Counted from the first letter of the stretch, positions 8,250 to 16,501 are shown. The stretch is 32,000 nucleotides of DNA from an uncultured Chloroflexia bacterium (GCA_963704755.1 OY969938.1:2850001-2882000); one strand, 5' to 3'. Notes: generated by a model not told the origin, from the sequence alone. A program made the numbers and translations.

Positions 8250-8969
8250 ATGGCGCGCACTATCAAGGAAGAGGAATATCAGGCCAGGCGGAACGAAATC
8301 CTGGACTTCGCCCTACGCTTGATTTACACCAAGGGTTACGAAAAAATGACCATTCAGGACATCCTGAATGGTCTGCAAATTTCCAGGGGAGCCCTGTACC
8401 ATTATTTCAATTCAAAAAAGGCGCTGCTCGAGGCCCTGGTGGACCGCATGGGACAGACTGCGCAGCAGAGCGTCCTTCCTATCATACAGGACCCGGACCT
8501 GTCTGCCCTGCAAAAATTCCAACGCTATTTTGAAATCTCGGCCAACTGGAAAAGCTTGCAAAAGGAGTTTATTTTGACCCTTTTGCCAATGTGGTTCAGC
8601 GACGAAAATGCCTTTATCCGCCAGAAAATGACCAGTGAAACGCTGGCCCACACCTCGCCATTGCTCGAGGCTATGATCCGCCAGGGCGTTGAGGAAAAGG
8701 TTTTCACCACCCGTTACCCGCAGCAGTCGGCGGTGATTATCGCCGGGATCTTTCTCACCTTTGCGGAGGTAATCGTTGGACGGCTGCTCGCCCCACAACC
8801 GGATGGGGCCGGCTCGGGCGACCTCCAAAATACCCTGAACGCCTATTCCGACGCCATCGAGAGGATACTCGGAGCCCCCGCGGGCTCACTCAAATTCTTT
8901 GAGGTTGCCGATTTCCAGGGTTGGCTGGTCGCCTCTGCGCCGGAACCCGGGCAGGCAAGTGGCTTCTAG
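8250..8969 (+). CDS. TetR/AcrR-family transcriptional regulator
   Basis: N-terminal HTH: YEKMTIQDILNGLQISRGALYHYFNSKKALLEALV. 239 aa. Confidence 0.85.
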   Translation: MARTIKEEEYQARRNEILDFALRLIYTKGYEKMTIQDILNGLQISRGALYHYFNSKKALLEALVDRMGQTAQQSVLPIIQDPDLSALQKFQRYFEISANWKSLQKEFILTLLPMWFSDENAFIRQKMTSETLAHTSPLLEAMIRQGVEEKVFTTRYPQQSAVIIAGIFLTFAEVIVGRLLAPQPDGAGSGDLQNTLNAYSDAIERILGAPAGSLKFFEVADFQGWLVASAPEPGQASGF

Positions 8970-8987
8970 CGATTAGCTGTTAGCTTT
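8967..8987 (+). repeat. TAGCNNN heptamer array (3 units) starting at the TetR stop codon
   Basis: TAGCGAT TAGCTGT TAGCTTT. TAG at 8967, 8974 and 8981, one in each frame. Confidence 0.6.
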
Positions 8988-9042
8988 CAGGATACGGTCG
9001 GGGCATGGCTTGATTGGTCCGGCGGTATCCAAAAGGCGAAAG

Positions 9043-9099
9043 GTACTACTCATATCCCTGAAAAAAATCAGTTTTTCCTTCGTTAGGCTGAGCAGTTAC
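9043..9099. mobile_element. E-family short form E3 (57 bp, no long apical hairpin)
   Basis: Termini GTACTACTCAT / CTGAGCAGTTAC. The right inner spacer ccttcgttagg resembles cttcttaacagg of E1. Only a 4-bp ctga/tcag mini-hairpin lies inside. Confidence 0.45.
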
Positions 9100-9127
9100 C
9101 AACGAAAAGTGGTTTTTGGACAGACCA

Positions 9128-11476
9128 CTAGCGAGTTATGATGGGGATATAAATATCATAGCTTGGGGGTGGGGTTGGCGGCGGGGTGGGGATGGAGCTG
9201 GGCGACCAATCGAATTCGACGTAATCGAAATCGGCCTGGAGTGGGTTGTTCTGCCACTCATTAATCAGGTGAACGCCGGTGTACACGGTGCTGGCCGCAT
9301 TAAAGCGGATGCTTCCTGCTAGAAGCCAATCATTATTATCGCGGCTGTACCAGGCACTAAAGTTTTGATTGCTGCGCACGATTTTCAGGTACACGTCCTG
9401 GGCGTTCAAGGGAAGGTTCCCCAGGTCGGTATAGTTGCCATTCACGCTGTAGATGAACCGTAAATCGCCGCCGGTCTTTAGCTCCAGGCGGATATAGTTA
9501 TCGTCGTCCTGCCAGACCAGCAAGCCGGCGCCCTGATACTCTTGCGCCACCGGTAAAAGGTGAACATGGGTCGATACCAGAAATGTCTTCCCGACCGGCT
9601 GCAGGAGGCGAGGAGCATTTTTGTTGGAATACAAATCGTGACCGCCGGTGTAGGTCATCAGGCGTAATGAGCCGGGGTCGGCGGTCAAACTGTAGTTCGA
9701 GTCGGCCTGGGGGTCGGTCCATGACCAGCGCAGGTCGAGCATTTCGGCATCGAAGGTATCATTGAAACCGGACGGATACCAGGCAGCGCTCCATAAGGTC
9801 AGGTAAACCAGGTCGTCGTTTTCGAAAGTCTCGGCCCAACTATTATATTGGCGATCCAGGTATTCATAGGTCACTCTTAATCCCAACTGGCTCAAATATT
9901 TGGGGACCATGCCGGTCTGGGCATTCTGAGGGATGGCCAGTTGAACCAGGTAGCCGGTGCCATAGCTGCGGGCATAACGGCCAATGTCGTCTGTTACAAG
10001 CAGCCGCTCGAAGGGATAATTGGAATCATCATCCCACATCGGGTATCCTTTTGCGGCAATCATAGCTTCGCTGCTATCCCAGATACGCGCCTTGCCTACG
10101 ATAGATGGATCGTTGGGGTTGGAATAACTTGGGTCGATTGCCACCTCATAATTATCGCTACCGTGAAACCATCCATCCGCGTTGGCATCGATCTTGAAGT
10201 GTATGCTTGCATATCGATCGACGATAAACATCAGGTAGAAGAAATTGCTATCCCAATTGGCGTAGATTGTGGCGTTGAGCGGTGCGCTGGACGTATTCGT
10301 TTCGTCGGTGAGCACGTCCCAGTCATCCGGGTTGCCGTCGAGTGCGTGGGTTTTTTCGGGTATCTGAGTGTTGACGGCGTACAAAGGTTCGGCATCATTG
10401 CTGTCTAAGGCAAAATCCCCATCTAAATCAACCTCATTCAAGCCGGTATTCTTGAAAAAGCCAGACATAATTTCGTTCAGGTCCGAAAACCCATCTCCTT
10501 CCGAATCGTTGGAAGCCGTTGAACTGCCGAGAGCCTCTTCTGTAATCGGCAACATACCCTCGTCGGGTACGCCATCTCCATCTGCGTCCGGGGCTTCCTG
10601 AATATTCCCCCAGGGAGCGCGAAGCACCAGCCAGTCGTTCAGCGGCCAAATTCTCATTTCGTATACCCAGTAGCTCCAATCCTCTCCAAACCTGCCGGGA
10701 TAATCCCAAGGACGGTCCGCGTGGAAATAATCCGGGTAGCCGCTGCTATCCAGCATGAAATCAATGGTATGCTGCATTTCATGAGGAAAAGCCGTCGAAA
10801 ATTGTGGGGTGCCTGAGGCCTGGAAAATCGGGTTCTCGGTGATCCCCGTCGTTCCCAGTTGCCAGGCAATAAGCCCGCCGAGCCCGCCATAAGCGGCGGG
10901 CAATGTGTAATTGTTATGAGCCCACAGATAGTTAATGCTATCGTACTGGTCTCTCAGCACCCCACGGTTCAAAAGATCCATTTCGACCGAGATTCCATCG
11001 TTGTCGTTGTCGACTGGATTGAGCCAGTAGCCTCCATTTTCCAGCTGGTTGAACTCACTGATATCTTTGTAGTCGTCGATAACCAGGATCGTCAGGTCGA
11101 TATAGAACTTGAGGCTAGACTGGCGCCATACGAAAGTGGCTGTATCGTGAATGTGCTGTTCGATAAGGCTGACATCGGTGGAATTTAGGGTGCCGGCAGC
11201 CGTGTCCGGGTAAATCACCACCAGCGTTTCTAGCCTGGTATAGGCCGTGTTTCCACTGCTCACCAGGTAAGCAGACTGAGGCGCCTGCAGAGGTGGAAAC
11301 AAAGCGGTGTTCTGGATTTGGGTAAATCCCTGGGGCTGCTCCAGGGGGGAGTCATAGACTGCGTAGATGTAGGGTGGTTCAACGTTCGAGGCGACTACGT
11401 TTTTGGCCGGCGCAAATTGAAAACCGGCTAACAGGCTGAGTGCAAGAACAAAGTGAAGGCATTTGGGCAGTGACAT
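9128..11476 (-). CDS. Secreted multidomain protein: HExxH metallopeptidase-like region, TSP3-type Ca-binding repeats, CBM9/DOMON-like region, ConA/LamG-like C-terminal domain
   Basis: Signal peptide MSLPKCLHFVLALSLLAGFQFAPA. FPHEMQHTIDF. DADGDGVPDE, DSEGDGFSDLNE and DLDGDFALDSNDAEP. C-terminal LamG-like block (GAGLLVWQDDDNYIRLEL...). ATG 11476 is preferred (AAGGAG 7 nt upstream) over TTG 11500. Confidence 0.7.
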   Translation of the reverse strand: MSLPKCLHFVLALSLLAGFQFAPAKNVVASNVEPPYIYAVYDSPLEQPQGFTQIQNTALFPPLQAPQSAYLVSSGNTAYTRLETLVVIYPDTAAGTLNSTDVSLIEQHIHDTATFVWRQSSLKFYIDLTILVIDDYKDISEFNQLENGGYWLNPVDNDNDGISVEMDLLNRGVLRDQYDSINYLWAHNNYTLPAAYGGLGGLIAWQLGTTGITENPIFQASGTPQFSTAFPHEMQHTIDFMLDSSGYPDYFHADRPWDYPGRFGEDWSYWVYEMRIWPLNDWLVLRAPWGNIQEAPDADGDGVPDEGMLPITEEALGSSTASNDSEGDGFSDLNEIMSGFFKNTGLNEVDLDGDFALDSNDAEPLYAVNTQIPEKTHALDGNPDDWDVLTDETNTSSAPLNATIYANWDSNFFYLMFIVDRYASIHFKIDANADGWFHGSDNYEVAIDPSYSNPNDPSIVGKARIWDSSEAMIAAKGYPMWDDDSNYPFERLLVTDDIGRYARSYGTGYLVQLAIPQNAQTGMVPKYLSQLGLRVTYEYLDRQYNSWAETFENDDLVYLTLWSAAWYPSGFNDTFDAEMLDLRWSWTDPQADSNYSLTADPGSLRLMTYTGGHDLYSNKNAPRLLQPVGKTFLVSTHVHLLPVAQEYQGAGLLVWQDDDNYIRLELKTGGDLRFIYSVNGNYTDLGNLPLNAQDVYLKIVRSNQNFSAWYSRDNNDWLLAGSIRFNAASTVYTGVHLINEWQNNPLQADFDYVEFDWSPSSIPTPPPTPPPSYDIYIPIITR

Positions 11477-11691
11477 CCTGGTGCTCCTTAGCCGAGACAA
11501 AACACCAATTCATTGGCTGGTTGTGAAACGATTGATTTGTATGAATCGATTCACTGAAATCTTGTGCGACGAAGGATATATAAATGCAAGATCACAACGC
11601 CGCGTTTAATTCAGGCTTCGGTATTGCAAAACCCCGCTAAGAAAATCCAACCTGTAATTTAAAAAGGAGATCTTTCCCCGCTGAATAATTT

Positions 11692-11816
11692 TAATTATAA
11701 CGTGAATTTGGGATAAAAGAAAAGAGAGGTAATTTGAGTGTGTTTTTATTCGCGGCGCAGCCGCCACGAATAAAAACACACTCAAAAACTCTTATTCCGA
11801 ATCGACATTAATTATA
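11692..11816. repeat. E-like nested palindrome E4 (different outer arms)
   Basis: Perfect 20-bp stem tttgagtgtgtttttattcg (11733-11752) / cgaataaaaacacactcaaa (11767-11786) with an inner gcggc-gca-gccgc tip. Imperfect outer inverted repeat taattataacgtgaatttggg / ccgaatcgacattaattata. Confidence 0.5.
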
Positions 11817-11905
11817 GCTAAATTAAGGTTAAAAATCAATGTGCAAAGGTATTGAAAAACGTCCTGCGTTAAAACCAAATTCTTCACCTCAAAAGCCGGA
11901 AAGAT

Positions 11906-12112
11906 TCAACCGTTTGAAGAATAGGTATCGGCAAGAAAAAACGTTTTGCAGGAAGGAAATTCACTGCAAACCAGGTAATCTTCGCCAATGTGTTCTCCGC
12001 GAACAGCTCTACGCCGTTCGAGCGGCGCACCACATTTAGGACAGCGCATGTTTTCGGCCGGAATAGAAGGCTTATCTGGTTCTTTTTGTTCGCTCACATC
12101 TTCGTTATTCAA
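11906..12112 (-). CDS. Topoisomerase-type C4 zinc-finger ORF, in frame with the upstream NERD ORF
   Basis: CPKCGAPLERRRAVRGEHIGEDYLVCSEFPSCK is the zf-C4_Topoisom pattern. The frame is open all the way up to the TGA at 12203-12205 that ends the NERD ORF. Confidence 0.5.
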   Translation of the reverse strand: MNNEDVSEQKEPDKPSIPAENMRCPKCGAPLERRRAVRGEHIGEDYLVCSEFPSCKTFFLADTYSSNG

Positions 12113-12202
12113 CCGGGCGATGATCCGCCTCTGGTTTTCCCATATTTTGAGGTTGTTGTAGCTGCGCTGAACCGGCTTATGCAGAAAATTCAGCAGGAAC
12201 CT

Positions 12203-12823
12203 TCAATTCATTACCCGTACCCCCTTGATCGGCGGCCCATATTCTACAAAAGCGTTCGTAAACACAACGACAGGCGTGATCCAGGGGCTTAGACCCGTAA
12301 CAGCCTTGACTTGTTCTTTTACCCAATAAGAATTGCTCAAGGCTTGTTTTATAAAATCTTTTTCGGTCACCTGGCCGTTTAGCAGGATTTTGTTATCTTG
12401 TAAAGTTACTTTTCCCCAATGGGATTTGGTTTCGAGCAGGTAAATACCATTCTGTTGGCTGATAACCAGGTGATCGATATTTCCATGTGGGCTTTCGATA
12501 TCGTTGAGGACCACATAAGAATCGTCGAGGCCGTCCAACAGATTGTCCACCTGCTCTTCGGCTTTGGCGCCTCGCTCGGCGCGATAGACCGTTTTCATCT
12601 GCCGGCGAGAATGGTCATCGGCGAGTTTCAAAATATAAACTGCCAGAATAAACAAGCCGAAATACCACCCGACGGGAATAGCAAGCTTTGCTTGATTCAA
12701 TAGCAAAAACAAGATAATTAGTGCTATTCCGACGCCAAAGATTTCGATCCCGCAGCCCGACCAACGCCGTTTTTCGGCCATTTTGTAGGTTGAGTATCCG
12801 GCTGATCCATATTTCTTGGCCAT
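12203..12823 (-). CDS. NERD (nuclease-related domain) protein with two N-terminal TM helices
   Basis: RGAKAEEQVDNLL...VLNDIESPHGNIDHLVISQQNGIYLLETKSHWG is the canonical NERD core. AT-rich relative to its neighbours. Confidence 0.75.
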   Translation of the reverse strand: MAKKYGSAGYSTYKMAEKRRWSGCGIEIFGVGIALIILFLLLNQAKLAIPVGWYFGLFILAVYILKLADDHSRRQMKTVYRAERGAKAEEQVDNLLDGLDDSYVVLNDIESPHGNIDHLVISQQNGIYLLETKSHWGKVTLQDNKILLNGQVTEKDFIKQALSNSYWVKEQVKAVTGLSPWITPVVVFTNAFVEYGPPIKGVRVMN

Positions 12824-12894
12824 ACCTTACATCATATTCATTTTGAATTTGGGCTTCTATAAAAATTGTTTGCACCTGCATTACAATGCTTTGA

Positions 12895-13002
12895 GTTACC
12901 CCTCAGACTAGTTCGGAAATTAGGGGTGTTTTATTGTTTTTCGCGTGCTTCGCACGCGAAAAACAATAAAACACCCCTCTTTGGGGTTAGCAGAGTAGTT
13001 AC
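12895..13002. mobile_element. E-family element E5 (108 bp, opposite orientation)
   Basis: Termini GTTACCCCTCAG / CAGAGTAGTTAC. Perfect 26-bp stem 12922-12947/12953-12978. Loop CTTCG, the reverse complement of the CGAAG loop of E1 and E8. Confidence 0.6.
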
Positions 13003-13085
13003 GCTTAGGAAACAAAAAGTGCGGTTTAATCGTCCTATAGTTGTATTCCGAAAATTTTAAAATGATGTATTAATGGAGACAAACA

Positions 13086-14222
13086 TTGACTGTAAACCAT
13101 AAATTCCTGTCTTTATTCGTGACAATGAGCTTATTGTTGGTCTTGATGGCCGCCTGTGCGGCCCAGCCCCAGGCAACTGGGACAACTTTACCGGCCACCC
13201 AACCGCCTGCGGATACTACCCAGCCCACAACCTTGCCGGCTCCGGCCGCCACGGCTACCAGCATTCCCGGACTCAGCGAGGATGTCTTGAAAAATGCGAC
13301 CTACGCTTCTCTGGATGCCGAATCACCGGAATACCAGGGCGGCGGCACGATGCAACTGGTGGATGGCGGCTATACCATCAAGGACCCCAGCGGCACTCTG
13401 CCCGATTACCAGGTGACCTACCTGCAAAGCGCCTCCGGTGACCTGAACGGCGACGGCGTGCCGGATGCAGTGGTGGTCCTGGCGGCCAACCCGGGCGGCT
13501 CGGGCACTTTTGTATACCTGCTGCCGGCTATCAACCAGGACGGCAAAGTGGAAAATACCAGCAGCACCTTCCTGGGCGACCGGGTCCAGATCCAAAGCCT
13601 GACCATCGCGGATGGCGCCGTCCACCTGGACATGCTGGTCGCCGGCCCGGATGACCCCCTGTGCTGCCCGTCTCAGCCCGCCAGCCAGACCTACGTCCTC
13701 AAGGACGGCCGATTGCTGACCCAGGCGGAGGCCGCGGTAGCGCCTTTGGCCGATCAGGCGGTGACTGCCTTGAAGAATCAGGATATGGCTGCCCTGGCCC
13801 AGTTGGTTCAGCCGGACGCCGGCCTGCGCTTTTCGCCCTACGCCAACGTAAACCAGAGCGACCTGGCCTTCACCCCCGCTCAACTCCAGGGTCTGTTGAG
13901 CGATCCGACCGTATACGCCTGGGGCGCCTATGACGGCTCGGGGGAACCGATCGCGCTGGCCTTCAGTGATTACTTTACTAAATTTGTGTACAGTGGCGAT
14001 TTTGCCTCGGCCGCCCAGGTCAGTTTTGACCACCCGCTCGGCAGCGGCAACACCATCGACAACAGCCAGGAGTTTTACCCGGGCGCCGTGATCGTCGAGT
14101 ATTACCTGCCCGGCACCGCCGCCAACGGCTACATGGATTGGCAGAGCCTGCGCCTGGTTTTCAGCCAGCAAGGCGAGAACTGGTATCTGGCCGGCATCAT
14201 CCACGCCCAATGGACGGTTTAG
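13086..14222 (+). CDS. Lipoprotein of unknown function
   Basis: TTG start 7 nt after GGAG. Signal peptide with lipobox LVLMAAC. Thr/Pro-rich linker. GDLNGDGVPDAVVV (FG-GAP/VCBS-like motif). Confidence 0.65.
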   Translation: MTVNHKFLSLFVTMSLLLVLMAACAAQPQATGTTLPATQPPADTTQPTTLPAPAATATSIPGLSEDVLKNATYASLDAESPEYQGGGTMQLVDGGYTIKDPSGTLPDYQVTYLQSASGDLNGDGVPDAVVVLAANPGGSGTFVYLLPAINQDGKVENTSSTFLGDRVQIQSLTIADGAVHLDMLVAGPDDPLCCPSQPASQTYVLKDGRLLTQAEAAVAPLADQAVTALKNQDMAALAQLVQPDAGLRFSPYANVNQSDLAFTPAQLQGLLSDPTVYAWGAYDGSGEPIALAFSDYFTKFVYSGDFASAAQVSFDHPLGSGNTIDNSQEFYPGAVIVEYYLPGTAANGYMDWQSLRLVFSQQGENWYLAGIIHAQWTV

Positions 14223-14232
14223 AAGTGATATA

Positions 14233-14275
14233 GCCCCGGCGGAACAATTACGTTACGTAATTGTTCCGCCGGGGC
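14233..14275 (+). terminator. Perfect ~20-bp hairpin downstream of the lipoprotein gene
   Basis: gccccggcggaacaattacg tta cgtaattgttccgccggggc, 10 nt after the stop codon. No clear T-tract. Confidence 0.55.
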
Positions 14276-14282
14276 CATTCTT

Positions 14283-14325
14283 AGCCCCTCTCCCGTTTCT
14301 GGGAGAGGGGTTGGGGTGAGGGCGA
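14283..14325 (+). repeat. R-family repeat, head-only copy R2
   Basis: agcccctctcccgtttctgggagaggggttggggtgagggcga. 10-bp stem cccctctccc/gggagagggg. Confidence 0.65.
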
Positions 14326-14353
14326 GCACCCGGGCCGTACAAGCGGCTGACAA

Positions 14354-14396
14354 AAAGATGTAGCCCGGCTTTCAAAGCTGGGGGGTAGCTGAGGCT
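14354..14396 (+). repeat. S-family repeat copy S1
   Basis: aaagatgtagcccggctttcaaagctggggggtagctgaggct, near-identical to 17501-17543. 8-bp hairpin cccggctt/aagctggg with one G-T pair. Confidence 0.6.
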
Positions 14397-14578
14397 GCGG
14401 GGTGGAAAGAATCTGGCTCTTCCCTCCAAATCGGTTTTTGATTTGGGGGGAAGCGGGGAAGGGGGGCAAAGAGCCGGACGAACACGCCCGTGGGCTGGCT
14501 GATCAGCGCTCTTTGCCTCCTCCTAACCTCCCCCAAAATCCAAAGTGCGGATTTTAGGGGAGGAATAAGGCCGTCTTG

Positions 14579-14724
14579 GCCCCTCTCCCGTTTCTGGGAG
14601 AGGGGTTGGGGAGAGGGCGACCCCCCCGGCCGCACAAGCCCTGTTGGGTTACGGGCAAAGCCCGGTAAAACGGAAGCCTTTCCATACGCTGGCGTAATCA
14701 AAGAGCCCGCAACCCAACCTACGA
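14579..14724 (+). repeat. R-family repeat copy R3
   Basis: Head ggcccctctcccgtttctgggagaggggttggggagagggcga. Internal gggttacgggcaa. Tail gcccgcaacccaacctacgag. Confidence 0.65.
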
Positions 14725-14770
14725 GCTAATCGCTAAAAGCTAACAGCTACCCGCTACCCGCTACCCGCTA
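14719..14770 (-). repeat. TAGCNNN heptamer array (8 TAGs at 7-nt period, minus-strand sense) starting at the oxidoreductase stop codon
   Basis: Minus-strand reading: TAGCGGG x3, TAGCTGT, TAGCTTT, TAGCGAT, TAGCTCG, TAGG. The first TAG (14768-14770) is the stop codon of the gene. Confidence 0.7.
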
Positions 14771-16147
14771 CCCGCCCTCCCCAAGCTGATCGAACAGCGC
14801 GAAAAACCCTTCGCTCAAGGTGGGGTGGATGAAGATGCTCTTGTAGAAAGTGGTCCAGGGGGCCTTGGCCAGCATCAGGGCCATCAGGCTGTGGACCAGC
14901 TCGCCGCCGTCCACGCCTAAAATAGCGGCACCGATGATCTGGTTCGTCTCGGTGTCGATGATGATCTTCATCAGCCCGGCGGTCTGGCCGCGCTCGATGG
15001 CGCGGGCCACATAGCTCATCGGGATCTTGCCGACGCGGTACTTAATGCCCGCCGCGGCTGCCTGCCGCTCGGTCAGCCCCACCCGGCCTAACTCCGGGTC
15101 GGTGTACAGGCAATAAGGTACCTGGCGGTCGTGGGTAGAGCGCTTTTGCGGGTTGAACAGGTTGTTGTACACGATCAGAAAATCGTCGTAGGAGATGTGG
15201 GTAAAAGCCGGCCCGCCGTTGACGTCGCCCAGCGCGTAGATACCCGGCACGTTGGTCTCCAGGTACTCGTTGACCGGGATCCAGCCGCGTTTGGTTTCAA
15301 TGCCGGCCTGCTCGGGATTAAGCGCGGCTGTGTTGGGCACCCGGCCGGTGGCCAGCAGCAGGTGGCTGCCGGTAATCTGCAGCTCGCTGCCCCCGTTCAG
15401 GTCCTTGATCGTCACCCGGATTTTCCCCGATTTGAGCTGGTCCACGCGGGTGGTCTCCACCTCGAGCAGGAACTCCATGCCCTCGTTTTCAAGGGCCTCG
15501 CGCAGAGAGGCGGCCACATCCTCATCCTCGCGCGGAACAATCTGGCTGTTCTTTTCGATGACGGTCACCTGGCTGCCGAAGCGCTGGAACATCTGGCCGA
15601 ACTCCAGGCCCACATAGCTGGCGCCCAAAATCAGCAGGTGCTCGGGCAGGACGGTCAGGTCCAGGATGCTGCGGTTGGTCAGGTAAGGCACTTCCTGGAT
15701 GCCCGTGATGGGCAGCACCGCGGCGCTGGCGCCGGTATTGATGAAGATCTTTTCGGCATGCAGCTCTTCGTCGTTGACCTTGACGGTATACGGCCCACTG
15801 AACGTCGCTTCGCCGTAGATCAGGCGAATGTTGGGCTCGGCTTTGACGCGCTCCTCCTGGCCATGGCGCCAGGACTGGACAATCTTATTCTTGCGCTCCA
15901 CGATCGCCGGCAGGTCCACCTGGAACGGATCGACATGGATGCCGAACTCGCCGGCCCGGCGGACGTACTGGGCCACGCTGGCGGATGCGACCATGGTTTT
16001 GGTGGGCGTACAGCCGTAATTGATACAGGTTCCGCCCAGGTACTCACGCTCAATCAGCGCGACCTGCCAGCCCTTTTGGGCCAGTTTTTGCGCTAGCGGC
16101 GATCCGGCCTGGCCGCCGCCGATAATCAATGCATCATAATTTTGCAT
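14768..16147 (-). CDS. Class-I pyridine nucleotide-disulfide oxidoreductase (dihydrolipoyl dehydrogenase / mercuric reductase-like family)
   Basis: FAD-binding fold YDALIIGGGQAGSPLA. Redox-active GGTCINYGCTPTK. C-terminal dimerisation domain with HPTLSE. ATG 16147 (AAGAGGGA upstream) is preferred over TTG 16168. Confidence 0.85.
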   Translation of the reverse strand: MQNYDALIIGGGQAGSPLAQKLAQKGWQVALIEREYLGGTCINYGCTPTKTMVASASVAQYVRRAGEFGIHVDPFQVDLPAIVERKNKIVQSWRHGQEERVKAEPNIRLIYGEATFSGPYTVKVNDEELHAEKIFINTGASAAVLPITGIQEVPYLTNRSILDLTVLPEHLLILGASYVGLEFGQMFQRFGSQVTVIEKNSQIVPREDEDVAASLREALENEGMEFLLEVETTRVDQLKSGKIRVTIKDLNGGSELQITGSHLLLATGRVPNTAALNPEQAGIETKRGWIPVNEYLETNVPGIYALGDVNGGPAFTHISYDDFLIVYNNLFNPQKRSTHDRQVPYCLYTDPELGRVGLTERQAAAAGIKYRVGKIPMSYVARAIERGQTAGLMKIIIDTETNQIIGAAILGVDGGELVHSLMALMLAKAPWTTFYKSIFIHPTLSEGFFALFDQLGEGG

Positions 16148-16200
16148 AATCCCTCTTTTCCGGGCCAACCCGGCCCGGGCAGGTGGTATCCATTTACAGG

Positions 16201-16305
16201 CTCCCTGAAGAAAATGTAAGGGAGAACTGCCCTATGTGTGGAGAGCAGAGAAGCTGCTCTCCACACATAGGGCGGCCTTCTTTGGGTTTCGGAGTATTTC
16301 AGGAG
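16201..16305. repeat. E-like nested palindrome E6
   Basis: Perfect 20-bp stem gccctatgtgtggagagcag (16229-16248) / ctgctctccacacatagggc (16254-16273). Loop AGAAG. Outer imperfect arms ctccctgaagaaaat / gtatttcaggag. Confidence 0.5.
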
Positions 16306-16336
16306 ACCCAATGATTATTATATTTTATACCTTATT

Positions 16337-16450
16337 GATAACCAAATGACCTGACGGGAAAGCCATTCCCGGACTTGAGGTGATTGCAGAGGCGAAGTAC
16401 CTGCAATCACCTCAAGTCCGGGAGCTCGCCACCATAAGCCTGAGTAGTAC
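16337..16450. mobile_element. E-family element E7 (left terminus decayed)
   Basis: Right terminus CTGAGTAGTAC (16440-16450). Perfect 22-bp stem 16368-16389/16401-16422. Loop aggcgaagtac contains GCGAAG. The stem is homologous to that of E8. Confidence 0.5.
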
Positions 16451-16501
16451 CAAAAGTCTTTTTCTCACCGGCCGGAGCAGTTACAATAAATCTCGTAGCC
16501 T

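Noticed and set aside
11523-11554. Imperfect inverted repeat gtgaaacgattga-N6-tgaatcgattcac upstream of the secreted HExxH protein gene.
   Set aside because: It could be an operator, 11/13 complementary and about 50-80 nt upstream of the start. There is no adjacent regulator or second copy to support it, so I left it as an unconfirmed observation.
12203-12205. Genome-wide reassignment of TGA (code 4 or 25) as the explanation for the in-frame TGA in the NERD gene.
   Set aside because: Several well-conserved genes in the window terminate at TGA at positions where their C-termini look complete (helicase at 4151, GNAT at 28138, hydrolase at 1837). TGA is therefore a normal stop here.
13323-14210. 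295-aa minus-strand ORF opposite the lipoprotein gene.
   Set aside because: It is an antisense shadow of a GC-rich gene with no recognisable motifs. The plus-strand ORF has a signal peptide, a lipobox and an RBS.
14281-14729. Short ORFs (14281-14469, 14372-14701, 14490-14729) encoding PLSRFWERGWGEG-like peptides.
   Set aside because: They are translations of the R and S repeat elements, which recur in several intergenic places. They have no start context and are not coding.
15131-16096. 321-aa plus-strand ORF opposite the oxidoreductase gene.
   Set aside because: It is an antisense shadow. The minus-strand product has canonical FAD-binding and CxxxxC motifs.
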